A stretch of 64,000 nucleotides of DNA, taken from NCBI GenBank assembly GCA_010093605.1, contig MU004183.1, forward strand, positions 1,054,001-1,118,000, in the 5' to 3' direction. The notes beneath the pieces were generated by a model. It ran no database searches. It worked only from the letters and a program-made list of their open reading frames with translations, and was not told the origin of the DNA. Positions 49,601-62,153 of the stretch are shown piece after piece. Every line of letters starts with the position of its first letter. The first letter of the stretch is position 1. The stretch is from Lophium mytilinum (Eukaryota). Both the position numbers and the translations under genes were made by a program.

Positions 49601-50318
49601 CTGTCTCTACTTGTCTATCCAGCTCGTCCAGCTTCTGCTGCTCCAGCATCGCGTCCCGGTCGTTCTCCAGTGTGTAGAAGAGGGTGTGGAAGCTCCTACG
49701 CGCCGCGTCCTCCGCGGCCTTCTTATCCTGTTGCAGCTTCTTCCGCACATCGTCCGACGACTTGGCCTGGTCCGAAGACGGTGTGCTTGTTCGTTCTATG
49801 CCGAGTTTGGTGGGAAGGGAGGGTACTTTGAGGGTCGGGGGGTCGAGGTTGGAGAGGGCGGCGGCATTGGATGCGCCCTTGGAGAGGAGGGGAGATTGAT
49901 GGGAGTCATCTTCGTCATCGCCATCGTCGTCGTCGCCATAGTCGTCCTCGTCAATCGCTCGGGCGGGCTTCTTGGGGGTGATTGCTGGGCGCGGCTGGTC
50001 TTCCCGCGCGGTATTGGGGGGAGGGTCTTTGCCGGCATTGTTTCCATCGCGCCCATCATGCTGCGTCTTGCCCCCCAAAGCGGCCATCAGGCGCGCCTCG
50101 GTGAGGATAAAGCGCTCCCTGAAGATGGCGGCGCGAGGATCCTCGTCGCCGATTGTGTCACCCCCCTCCCCGGAGACGTTGGCGGAGGCGAAGGACATGG
50201 CGCCGTCGTCGCTCATATTCGGGGTGCGCAGGCGGGTCGCATTGGAGAGAGGGCCGGAGAGACGGTCGAATCGATGCGCGCCATTAGAGGATGCCCGGTG
50301 CGATGCAGCGTTGGGCAT
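46670..50318 (-). CDS. SPT7: SAGA complex core subunit Spt7 (bromodomain plus histone fold)
   Basis: Motifs [59 protein letters not shown], bromodomain [23 protein letters not shown]...IWSNCLKYN, histone fold [46 protein letters not shown]. Four introns. Confidence 0.95.
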
Positions 50319-51469
50319 ATTCAGAATCTCTTGGCGCCCCTCACGTCCGCGACGCTGATGAAGAGCCGCGGCGGGAGCGGGAGTCTCCAGGCTCAGACAA
50401 CGGTTGCCAGAAGGTAAGACCGCTCATGAAGGAGGCGGGCGGGTGTGCGAGGCGAACGGCGATGTCGGTTTGATGGAAAGGCGATGGGGAGGCCGTCCCT
50501 AGTGATGAAAAGGCAATGGGGGAGTCGTCGAGGAGCGCAGTGAGTGATCGGAGACGTTGGCGTAGGGTTTCCTTCGCGCCGCCAAGCGCAGAATCGCTCG
50601 CGGACCACTTCACCAGCGAGCGCCCTCTCAGCAAACACTGCACAAACAACACGGGCAACATTGTAAAACGGAATCATAACCTCTCACCGAATAACTACAG
50701 CTACTACGCTCGTGGCCTCTCTAAAGGCGCATATCGCGAGTGCTGAGGGCCGTCCACAGACCTGCAACCACCCGCGAGCTGTCTGAGACAGTCCAGGCCA
50801 CGAGGGCAGAGCCATATCAACGTGCACAGGTAGTTGAGCGTCTATGATGATACTGGACATCGAACACAACCCTGACCAGACAGCCAAGTGTGCGGGTTAA
50901 GCTGCTTTTTGACTAGCACTGCTCTTCAACAAAATAGTAGAGGCCGCGCATCAATTCAGGGGCCTTTCGCAGTCTCCAAGACCATAATATTTTTGGGCGT
51001 GTATCTTCAATCCTAGCATTCACAGCTATAGAATATTCAAAAGCCCAGACTATGTCCTAGGCATTCATCAGGATGGCCGATCCCAGAGATAGTCGCAAGT
51101 CACAAAGCAAGCCCGCGGTATAATTACAGATGCCTTAATAGTTGGAATACAGTGGTGATTTTTGCCTTGGCAGTTACCGTGATACAGGAAGAAGGCATGT
51201 ATGGAATGTACATACTGCCTTTGCTGTTCTGCCGCATCAATAAAGAGCAAGTAATTTTGTGCAGAGAAACCGAAGGAAACTTTGATCGCGGCTTCTGTTC
51301 TTCTATTTCTAACCCATATACATACACATTGAGAGGGGGATGGATTGCGTCTTGACCCCCAACTGCTCAGGATGCTTAGATACCACTTTTAAGGCGTTGA
51401 GCGAAGGTCGAAAGATTCCCTGACACCCAGGTTCATCAAGTTTTGCAGGTCCACCTCTTGGTCATAGTT

Positions 51470-51970
51470 TTACTCTTGTTCATTCTGGACGCCCACGCAA
51501 TTTCCCTTCTCAACGTTGACTCCGATGCGATGGGCACCTGATCGGCCCTTATCGTCCTTCACGCGCGCGGAATTGAGGCTGAGTGGCTTGGACAACGACT
51601 TGTTCGCAGGTTGTGCTGACGACTCCTTCTTCGGTTTCGACTGGCGGCGCTTCTTTCTAGTCGACCTCCCCCTATCTTCAGTATCACCACCGCGCTTCCT
51701 ATGCAGCTTTGCATGTTCATAAAGACCTTGTATGCTTCGTTCTAGTACCGCGATGGGATCTTCTCCAGGTAGGACCGGTAGGTATGCCCCATCGCCGCTG
51801 CCCGACTCTCTAGACTCAAGAGGCGATTTCGCCCCAGCTGAAGAAGCCACACTCGCATCTTCTACACGCGGATTTGTGGACAGTGTCGTGGACAAGCTTG
51901 CGGGCCGAGTTGTTGAACCTTGCTTAGTCTCGTCCTCATCTACTCGCGGCTCTTCATTCGTCGAATACAC
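51470..51970 (-). other. Possible lineage-specific or decayed coding segment (low complexity, basic NLS-like RKKRRQSKPKK)
   Basis: The frame is open for 166+ codons but has no in-frame ATG and no recognisable domain. Confidence 0.3.
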
Positions 51971-53594
51971 TGCGTGCGGTAGTAGTCGAGGATTGGAGAT
52001 GGTGATAGTCGGGATTGCAAGGTCCCAAAACCCAGGCTTGAGGCGAGGTGGTGCGCGAGGTCAAGTTCTCCACTGTGAGGTACAGAGGGATGGAGCTGTT
52101 GGCGTTACGTTGTGATTTGACTAGTGGTCCGTTGATTAAAAACTGATGAATTGCGGGTGTTCTTGTGTAAGAAGACGAAAAAACCCGGGTAGTGCGTCGT
52201 AAGATAGCTCTGTGGGAAAGGGCTCGCAGTGCTGTGGATACGGTAGGTAGTGAGCTCGATCTTGGCGGTTAAAGCGATGGTGTAGCTGATGTGTGATGGG
52301 ATGTTGGTGATGAATAAAAGCTATTGCGAGCTCTCTCAGATTCGACGTCGGATACAATAGTCTTGCAAGAAAGAGCATTTTATAGCATGACTAGCAGTGG
52401 TAAAGAGAGACACAGCGCGTGGAAGGTAACAAGGGCAGGCTCTATGCTTACCTTCTACATGCATACGGACCGAAGCCTCGTTGAAGTTTTAGGAATACCG
52501 CATGAGGGGAACAAGAACTGAATCAGGGGAGGTAACGACACCGTGTGTCAGCGCAAATGATACAGTACTATGACAAAAGCTTGCGTATGCTTGTGGTCAC
52601 CGCGTCTCAAGCTGTTCTCCTTTCAAAACTATCAAGAAATTATGCTTGAACCCCCTTAAAATAATAGTGCTTAACGTTGTGTGAGGTGGCCTAGCAAGTT
52701 TAAAGATTATTCAGTGGATTCATGTACATCTAAAGTAGCTTTACAAAGAATACCTTGGTGGACTACAACATCTCGACAACATCTGGGTCCTCCATCTTGA
52801 ATGCGCACGCCACGAATGATGATATGCTCGCTCTTTGCACCACCCTACCCTTGCCGAGAGATATGACACACTCAAATTCGAATAGTGGATGTGGCATACG
52901 TTGACAGCAGACAGCAAGGACTCCTTACTTCCGATCAATGAGATTGAAACGATCGGCGAGGCTGCAGCGTAGATTATTCTAAGTGGCCATCTCGCGCTCA
53001 TACTAATATTTACGACGCTTTTAGGAGTGCCTAAACATGATATTAAAAATGTGGGCAGCGCATGATGATGTTGCGTTCTGATTCAATAGCAGATGACAGC
53101 GTAAAGACATTCTCGGCGAGCTTCCAGACTGTTAAAGACGACATATTGACATCTTTCTCTGACTTTTGACAGTAAAATGAAGCACTCTTGATTGCCATAG
53201 AAAGCGCAGATAGCTGACGAGTATCCTCACGCTATATTGATGAAACTTCAAATGCCGAATGCTTTTTTATCACAAAAATTTGGCGTACCAATGCTTTACT
53301 ATACCTGTCACATAGTAGTTCCTTTGATACCACTTTCGACCTTAATGGACCACCCGCAATATCTCTTGAGAGTACTGATTTGAACATCGCAGGTCATGAT
53401 ACGTGGGCCATGATCGGGGAGTACCTAGGGGGCGTGAAGTGGGGTCTTGGCAAATTTAGGATCGACAGAACCTCAGCTTAGCTCGCAGCATCACCTCTCC
53501 ACCTGCGTAGCATTGACCGTCTCCACTACCCGCTGAATATCTTCATGTGCCACTTATAGCTGTAGGCGCTCAGCACCTACAATCAGTTTCGACC

Positions 53595-54449
53595 ATGCGC
53601 ATCCGGAAGCCTTTCGCAGGTAACACAGCTTCTGCAATCTGCGCAGCACAGCTGCAGCCTGCACGATGCTAACATTTCCTCAGGTGGCTTCATTGCCCTA
53701 TGTTTGATCGCTGGGCTCGCGGGACTGTAGGTTGCTTTTCGGTAACCGAGTTTCTGACCATACTGACTCTCTGATAGCTCGCCCTCTGAGTACGCCCAAC
53801 TCCCAGCGTACAAACAATCCGACAAAGTAAATGACGGTGTGAACCTGATGCGCCAAAAGAACCCCGCAAGCTAACCGCAGAGCTCAGGTGTTGCACTTCC
53901 TCACATTTTTTGTCCTCACATTTCTATTCTACTGGATCCTCGAAACGAATCGCCGACGGGTGCTCCAATTCACATTCCTAGTCTGCACACTCGCGCTAGG
54001 GTTCGGCTCGGAGGTAGCCCAGGAAATCATACCAGTATGTGCTCGATTTGAATACATACTATAGCTTCATGCTGATGCTGTTATAGAATGGCCGTAATTT
54101 CGATTACTACGACATATTAGCCAACGCTCTCGGCTCCGTCTCCTCTCTAGCTATCTGCAACTGGTACCACAAGCGAATGCTTGAACGGAAACGGGCCGCT
54201 CGGGGTTATAACGCAGTCGCAGGCGACGAGGATATAGAACTTGGAGAGGGAGTCGGAGACCAGGAGTCTGGTGTCATTAGGCCAACGCCAACAGTCGAAG
54301 AGGAGCTGGATAATTGGGACGAGAATGCCGAGGACTGGGACGAAAGCGAGGTCAATGAAGCAAACGGAGGAGGCAAAGTGACTCCGCCCAGCAGCTCTGG
54401 GGATATTGGGGATATTGGCGTCGTAGACGCTAAGAAACGGCCTGACTGA
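53595..54449 (+). CDS. VanZ-family small membrane protein (fungal YJR112W-A-like)
   Basis: Five short exons missed by the ORF track: MRIRKPFA/GGFIALCLIAGLAGL/SPSEYAQLPAYKQSDK/VLHFLTFFVLTFLFYW...GSEVAQEIIP/NGRNFDYYDILANALG...YHKRMLERKR, then an acidic tail. DK-x-x-HF, SE-x-x-Q and R-x-FD-x-x-DI-x-AN are VanZ motifs. Confidence 0.85.
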
Positions 54450-54768
54450 AATGACACCACAACACGAATTGCCATGATGATGCGTAGGTTTATATTGGCG
54501 TGTCAGGGATACCATATCATTATGTTCATATCTTGCACAATCACCACATCGAATGTTTGGCACAGTCATGTAGGATTACAGCTGGTGACACAAATGGCTT
54601 TGTTATTTCTTTCAAGCAAAGAGCATTTGCCTCGTTTGACCAAGGCTTCGAAGCCATAATTCGTTTCGCTTGCCGTTAGGTCCGAGGAATTAGTGATTCC
54701 TCTAAAACAAGTTGAAAGTCCCCGAACGGCCCAACGCTGCCCCGACACCTTCATCCATCATTCCTCCC

Positions 54769-55372
54769 TCAAGTAGCAGCCGGCGCAGCTCCAGCAGCCG
54801 CCGGCCTGGCGTTGGCCTGTTGCGGGTTGACCTTCTTGCCATCCTTGTTGTATCGGACACGTGGTGGGGGAGCGCGGTTGCGGCGGCCTTCTCGCGAACG
54901 GACACTGTTCCAACAGTTAGAATTTCAATTATGGCAGGGCATGACCGGAATCGAAGACGCACCGGACGATCTTGCCGTGGATGGCGCAGGAGACGCAGTA
55001 TTGCAGCTTCAAGTACATCTTGGGAACGGTGTACTCGGGGAAGACAGAGGCATCGGAGATATCACCTGGAAGAGTGGTCAGCGATCCATTCGGCTAGGGT
55101 TTTGAAGCTCGTTCGGCGTGTTCTCGAGTGCAGGAGTATTCCAAAGGCGCTGGGGCGACGTACGAATGGCAGCCGATTCGACCATGTTCCGGATTGTGAA
55201 TCTCTTTATTGCCTTGTCCTTGGGAGTGCAGCGAGAGCAGTTCGAGCAGCGGATCGGCTTAACGTGACCACGGCCCTTCTTGTTGCGGCCACTGGATTTG
55301 CAATCAGTCTCTCCTCCATAACAACCGACGCAGGTGAGGGTTCTCGTACTTGGACGCACGCTTTTTGACCAT
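54769..55372 (-). CDS. RPS26: 40S ribosomal protein S26 (eS26)
   Basis: [100 protein letters not shown]. Three coding-region introns. Confidence 0.97.
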
Positions 55373-55934
55373 GCTGGGCAGATTCTACGGCATTGTTAGC
55401 GCAGGCTCGTCGAATTTGAGCATGCATTGTGGAAGCACCTTTGTGAGGGTGGAATCTCAGCGAAGTGATGAGGGTCGGTGGTGGCGGCAGCAATATCTCG
55501 TAGCAGACAGCCGACGTCGAAATCAAAATGGTTGTGGGCTCGTCTGCCAAGCCGCTAGGATCGTAATCCCGTGATCTCGAATCGAATGCCTCAGGCCAAA
55601 ACAGCCCTGTCAACGGCGGTGTGTGAACGGTTCGCCCTGATGTCCGTCAAAACATCGCATTGCGTTTACACCACTCATATAAATATCTAGCTTGAGCGAA
55701 ATCTCTATACATCTTCCGCGCTCGTTGCACCTTCCGAAGGTCCACCAACACGCGTACAACGTCGGCCCTTCTTGCCAATCCGCCGTTTGTTTTTGCTCTG
55801 GCCTGGTAACCAGGTGCCAGGGTGCATGACCTTTACCGCTTCGCCCACTCTCGATAGGATCGCTTTGATACACTCCCCCGACAGCACATTCCTGCGTGTG
55901 CTGCCATTTGCTACTTCTCTGTTTCACCTTCGCC

Positions 55935-58081
55935 ATGTCTACCACTGGTACCTTCAAGGGCACGCCTAAGGCCCGGGGACAGGTGCCTTTCACCAACAGT
56001 CCCTCGAGCATCCCTCGACCGGCCCTTGAGACCCACGCAACCCAAAGCGATGCCGGCACGTCAACCCTCAGTGCTAGTCGGCAGAAGCAGACCAAGAGAG
56101 ATGAGGTATGTACTCCTTCTGCATTGCCATCCTTTCCCCTACCTACACAGTGCTAATCAGTGTAAAGGCTATCCGGAGAAAGATCGAGACGGACCTCAAT
56201 AAGAAGAAGAACCCCTCGGGACGCGTTCGTCCCACCCGAAAAGCGCCTCCAGGAACTGTCCTTGCCCTAAAGCCGAGTCCAGCCCTTCAGATTAAGCCCT
56301 CGACTACGGTTGCGGAAGCCGCCCAATTGATGGCCGCGAAGCGCGAGGACTGCGTTCTTGTGACAGATGACGATGACCGGATTGCGGGTATATTCACGGC
56401 AAAGGATCTTGCCTTTCGAGTCGTTGGGGCGGGCATCAAGGCTCGCGATATTACTATTGAAGAAATCATGACCAAGAACCCCCTCTGTGCCAAAACAGAC
56501 ACCAGCGCAACCGATGCCCTGGACCTTATGGTCCGGAAAGGATTCCGCCATCTCCCTGTAATGGACGAAAACCACGATATTTCTGGCATTCTGGATATTA
56601 CGAAGTGCTTCTACGATGCAATGGAGAAGTTGGAGCGGGCATACAGTTCGTCTCGGAAGCTCTACGATGCTCTTGAGGGCGTACAGGCCGAAATGGGCTC
56701 GAGTCAACCGCAACAGATCATACAATACGTGGAAGCCATCCGGATGAAGATGTCTGGGCCAACATTGGAGTCAGTCCTAAATGGCCTACCACCAGTGACG
56801 GTATCTGTACGTACATCTGTCAAAGAAGCAGCTACGCTCATGAAGGAGAACCACACGACTGCGGTGCTTGTTCAAGATCAAGGCTCTATTACTGGAATCT
56901 TCACGAGCAAGGACGTTGTTTTGCGTGTCATTGCTGCTGGTCTTGATCCGGCAACATGTAGCGTGGTTAGAGTGATGACGCCTCATCCGGATTTCGCCCC
57001 TATGGACATGACTATTCAAGCTGCTCTACGAAAAATGCACGGTATGTCGCTTCTTGGGACTTTCAGTGAGTCTTAGGCTAACGAACATAGATGGCCATTA
57101 CCTTAATCTTCCCGTAATGAGCGAGGCCGGCGAGATAGTCGGCATGGTAGACGTACTAAAGCTCACATATGCGACATTGGATCAAGTAAGTCAAATGCTG
57201 ATTACATGCTAGTCTCAATGCTAAACTTTGACCAGATCAACAATATTGGCACACAAGGAGATAGCGAAGGGCCTGCCTGGAACAAGTTCTGGTTGTCACT
57301 CGACAATGAGACCGAGTCCATGATGTCTGGCGAAGGGGGTAGCCGATTGCCTCACACGCCAGACGCCCGATCGCTAATGTCGCCGGATTTATCGCGACCA
57401 GGCCTTATGGATCGTGGTGATAGCGTGCTGCCGAATGACTCTGCGTCTCATCATGGAGATTCCCCTTCGCATTCGGCTTTCGCTGGTGCTCAGGCCATCG
57501 CACCGGAAGACACGCCATTCCCGTTCAAATTCAAGGCGCCCAGCGGTCGTGTTCATCGAATCCAGGTTGCCTCCTCTGGAGGAATCGAAGACCTAATCTC
57601 CCGTGTGGGCAGCAAGCTAGGCGCGGAGGTCGATACCATCGGCGGACTTCCATCTTTTGAGGAGGGCAGGCTTTCCAAGTCAGGATTCGCTCTCAGCTAC
57701 CTCGACAACGATGGTGACACTGTGTCCATCACCACCGACCAAGATCTGGCCGAAGCAATTGAGCTCTCCATTGCGGCCCACCGAGACAAAGTAGATCTCT
57801 TTGTTCACGACCCTGAGAAGGCTCCTATTCAAGTCGTAGCTGAGCCACAGCCTTCATTAGTCAAGCCACCGACCCCCCCAGAGTCGGTAATGAGGGAGCG
57901 CAAGAAGTTCTTCGACGAAGAAGAGGAGGCTGCTGATCGACATGCCAGACACCAAGCCGCCATCAAGCCAGAGGAGATCATTGCGGGCGTGCCAAACGAA
58001 CTCCTCCTTCCCGGTGCCATCGTGACGCTGGCAGTCGTAATTGTGGCCGTCTTTGCTCTTGGGCGTGCCTCGAGCCGGTAG
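55935..58081 (+). CDS. CBS-domain (4 repeats) plus PB1-domain protein with a C-terminal membrane anchor (S. pombe Mug70-like)
   Basis: CBS repeats VAEAAQLMAAKREDCVLV, GIFTAKDLAFRVV, GFRHLPV, GIFTSKDVVLRV. PB1-like FKFKAPSGRVHR...LSYLDNDGDTVSITTDQDL. C-terminal TM LLPGAIVTLAVVIVAVFAL. Three introns. Confidence 0.88.
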
Positions 58082-58644
58082 CGTTGTTGAGATGAATTCA
58101 CCATGTGATGTTCTAGTATGGCTAATTGTTAGAGCGGGTCATGTGCAATTTGATATCCTGGAGCGTGCTGGTCGGCTCTGGCAGTGGGCAAGGTGTATAG
58201 TAGTCTAGATCTGTAGTCGCTAATCAACCGTGAATCTCTGACTCTAAGAGTCACTTTTCCCATGCTGTGAGGCCGACGCCCATATAGCAAGACGATTGGA
58301 ATTCAATTTCTAGACGACCGTTCACCCGTGGACCACTCACAACGCCGCCTTGAACGCGACCCCCGGTCCATGGTTATTTCTCGGCGAGCCCCCACCAAAA
58401 CATTTACCTCTTGCACACCCTCCCGCACATTCACTCACTCGTGAACTGCTGCAGCCTGCCGGCGTGTTTGCAACCTGCCGTGCTGGATCCGCTCCGCCTG
58501 TCCCGGGCCATTCACCGCGTCACGACGTCGCCGCTTGGCTCCCTTGCTACCTAGGTAGAAGTCAAAGCCTTTGTGCGCCGCTTCAGGGCGACCCTCGCAG
58601 ACAACACCTAGCCACACCCAACCCGACCCCGCCAGCAGCCCACC

Positions 58645-61600
58645 ATGTCTATGCTCGCCGCCGAGGTGCACGCTGCGCTGAGCCAGCTGCTTAGAGGGCT
58701 CCAATCCCCAGACAATGTGGAGCGCACTCAGGCGGAGGAGCTTCTTAACACAGAATGGGTAGCGAGCCGCCCAGAGATCCTACTTCTAGGCCTGACGGAG
58801 CAAATACAAGGCCAGGAGGATCCTTCGGTGAGGACTTCTCATTTCAGAAGAGCAACAAATATATGCTGACTATGTGTATTGTTAGACGCGTTCATACTCC
58901 GCAGTCCTGTTCCGGCGAATAGCTACGAGAGCGCGAAAGGACCCCAACTCGAGCCAAACAAGAGACCTGTTCTTGACCCTTCAGCAGGGTGAGAGGGAGG
59001 CAATCCGCGCGAAACTATTGGCATGTTTGCAGTCGGAGAATTTGCCGTTTGTGAGGAACAAGATCGGAGACGCCGTAGCGGAGATCGCGAGGCAGTATAC
59101 AGATGAAGGTTTGCCATACCCCTGGGACACATGTTCGACTTATTGCTGATGCACCCATTGCCCCAGGAGAACCCTGGCCAGAACTACTCGGAGCTCTGTT
59201 CAGCGCCAGCCAATCGACAGATGCTGGCATGCGCGAGACCGCTTGGAGAGTATTCTCAACCACCCCAGGGATAATAGAACAACAGCACGAGGATGTTGTG
59301 ATAACAGCTTTCAAGACCGGTTTCAACGACGCTGACACCTCAGTAAGCAAAATCGAAAAGCTCTCTGGTATGATTTGCTGACGTTGTCAAGGTTAAAATC
59401 GCCGCCATGGAAGCATTCGCCTCGTTTTTCCGATCCATCACCAAGAAAAGCCAGCCCAAGTACTATCCACTTATTGGAGAGATACTGAACATCCTGCCAC
59501 CAGTCAAGGAAGCTGGGGATGCCGATCAGATGACGAAGGCGCTCATTGCGTTGATCGAACTCGCAGAAGTATCCCCTAAGATGTTCAAGCCTATGTTTAG
59601 TGCACTCGTCGCCTTCAGCATATCCGTCATTCAGGACAAGGACCTCGGAGATCAACCCCGACAAAACGCGTTGGAGCTCATGTCTACTTTCGCTGACTAT
59701 AACCCCCAAATGTGCCGCAAGGATCCCAATTATACCAACGACATGGTCACCCAATGTCTGTCTCTGATGACCGATGTAGGCATCGACGACGACGATGCCG
59801 AGGAGTGGAACGCTTCCGAGGATCTGGATATCGATGAGAGCGACATGAACCATGTTGCGGGAGAGCAGTGCATGGATCGACTCGCCAACAAGTTAGGCGG
59901 CTCGGCCGTATTGCCACCTACGTTCAATTGGCTTCCTCGGATGATGACTTCTTCGGCATGGCGAGATCGACACGCAGCACTAATGGCTATCTCTGCGATA
60001 TCAGAAGGCTGCCGGGACTTAATGATTGGGGAACTAGACAAGGTTCTTGATCTTGTTCTACCTGCCCTACGAGACCCCCATCCTCGAGTACGATGGGCCG
60101 GCTGTAACGCTCTTGGCCAGATGAGCACAGATTTTGCTGGGACTATGCAGGAGAAGTACCATCAAGTGGTTTTGCCGAACATCATCCCCGTGCTGGAGTC
60201 CGCAGAACCCCGAGTCCAAGCGCATGCTGCGGCCGCTCTTGTCAATTTCTGCGAAGAAGCCGAGAAAACAGTCCTCGAACCATATCTGGATCAGCTTCTT
60301 AGCCATCTCCTCATGCTCTTACAGAGCCCGAAACGTTTCGTTCAAGAACAAGCACTATCGACAATCGCTACAGTTGCCGATTCTGCTGAGGCCGCATTTT
60401 CCAAGTATTACGACACATTAATGCCCCTCCTCTTCAACGTCTTACGAGAAGAACAATCAAAAGAATACAGACTGCTCAGGGCCAAGGCCATGGAGTGTGC
60501 TACACTTATTGCACTCGCCGTTGGGAAAGAACGGATGGGCGCCGACGCCATAGCCCTTGTCAACCTCCTAGGAACAATCCAGCACAACATACAGGACTCC
60601 GATGATCCACAAGCCTCTTACCTTCTCCACTGCTGGGGTAGGATGTGCCGTGTCCTTGGTCAAGATTTCCTTCCATATCTCCCAGCAGTGATTCCCCCCC
60701 TGACCGAGCTTGCTGGAGCCAAGGCAGATATCCAGCTCCTCGACGATGACGAGCAGGTGGCGCAGGTTGAGCAAGAAGAAGGTTGGGAACTTGTTCCGCT
60801 CAAGGGCAAAGTCATTGGTATTAAGACCAGCACTTTGGATGATAAGCATATGGCGATCGAGCTCATTGTGATATATGCACAAGTGCTTGAGGCTGCTTTC
60901 GAGCCCTATGTCAACGACATCATGGACAAGATTGCCTTGCCAGGGTTAGCCTTTTTCTTCCATGATCCTGTCCGCGTGGCATCAGCAAAGTGCGTCCCTC
61001 AACTACTCAATGCCTACAAGAAGGCACATGGCGGTCAATCTCTGCAGCTTGGCCAGCTTTGGGAGCGGACCGTTGATCGTGTGCTTGAAGTCCTCAGCAC
61101 TGAGCCGGCGATTGATACTCTCGCTGAGATGTATCAGTGCTTCTACGAATGCGTTGAAGTCATTGGTAAGGGCTGCTTAACTCCTCAGCACATGGCGACG
61201 TTCATTGAGTCTGCGAAATCTGTTTTGGAAGATTACCAGACCCGTGTAAAGCAGCGCTTGGAAGAGCAGGCCGAGACTGAAGACGGTGAGGAGACCCCCG
61301 AAGAGATCCTATTTGCAATCGAGGACGACCAGAACCTTCTGTCGGACATGAACAAAGCTTTCCACACCATTTTCAAGAATGAGGGCACCGACTTCCTGCC
61401 TCACTGGGAAAAGCTCCTTCCGTACTACAACCAGGCCATCGTCAACTCGGACCCGACACAACGCCAATGGGCAATTTGCATCTTCGACGATGTGCTAGAG
61501 TTCTGCGGTCCCCAGAGCTGGACCTACAGTTCGAACATTATTCAACCTCTCGCCGATGGCATGCGAGACGACGTTCCCGCGAATCGACAAGCGGCCGTGT

Positions 61601-62153
61601 ATGGAATTGGTGTTGCGGCACACAAAGGAGGCGAGGCATGGTCTGATTTTGTGTCCGCCAGCCTACCAATGCTCTTCCAAGTAACGCAACGTCCCGACGC
61701 CCGGGCGGACGACGACGTTTTCGCAACCGAGAACGCCTGCGCGAGTATCGCTAAGATCCTGCACTACAACAGTTCGAAGGTCTCGAATGTGCAAGGTGTA
61801 GTTGCTGCATGGATTGACACGCTCCCCGTGACAAACGACGAAGAGGCAGCTCCCTACGCATACTCCTTCCTTGCCCAGCTAATTGATCAGTGAGTCATTC
61901 TGGCTCAAACCCCAGTTACAGAGAAAGTACTAACTACTGATACAGACAAAACCCTGCCGTCATGGCTCAGGCAGCCAAGTGCTTCACCTTTGTTGCGCTA
62001 GCACTGGAATCTGAAACCCTACAAGGTCAAACAGCCACCCGCATCGTTGGCGCCGCCAAACAACTCGTCACAACCGCCGGCTTAGACGCAAACCAGCTAC
62101 TCGCAAATCTATCACCGGAAACACAGCAGACAGTGCGAGCTTTCTTTGGCTAG
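58645..62153 (+). CDS. PSE1: Importin beta-3 / karyopherin Pse1 (Kap121, Sal3; importin-5)
   Basis: HEAT-repeat motifs MDRLANKLGG, WRDRHAALMAISAISEGC, DPHPRVRWAGCNALGQMSTDF, PRVQAHAAAALVNFCE, LLRAKAMECATLIALAVGKE, ATENACASIAKI. Four introns. Confidence 0.95.

Noticed and set aside
49539..50417. 292-aa plus-strand ORF (likewise 54712-55368, 35969-36586, 6456-7049, 10922-11593)
   Set aside because: These are antisense shadows of GC-rich real genes (SPT7, RPS26, SGS1, SKI2, NMD5) with no domain features.
53062..53162. C/D box snoRNA-like ATGATGA...CTGA
   Set aside because: It has no terminal stem and no convincing 10-nt or longer complementarity to rRNA that I could recognise.
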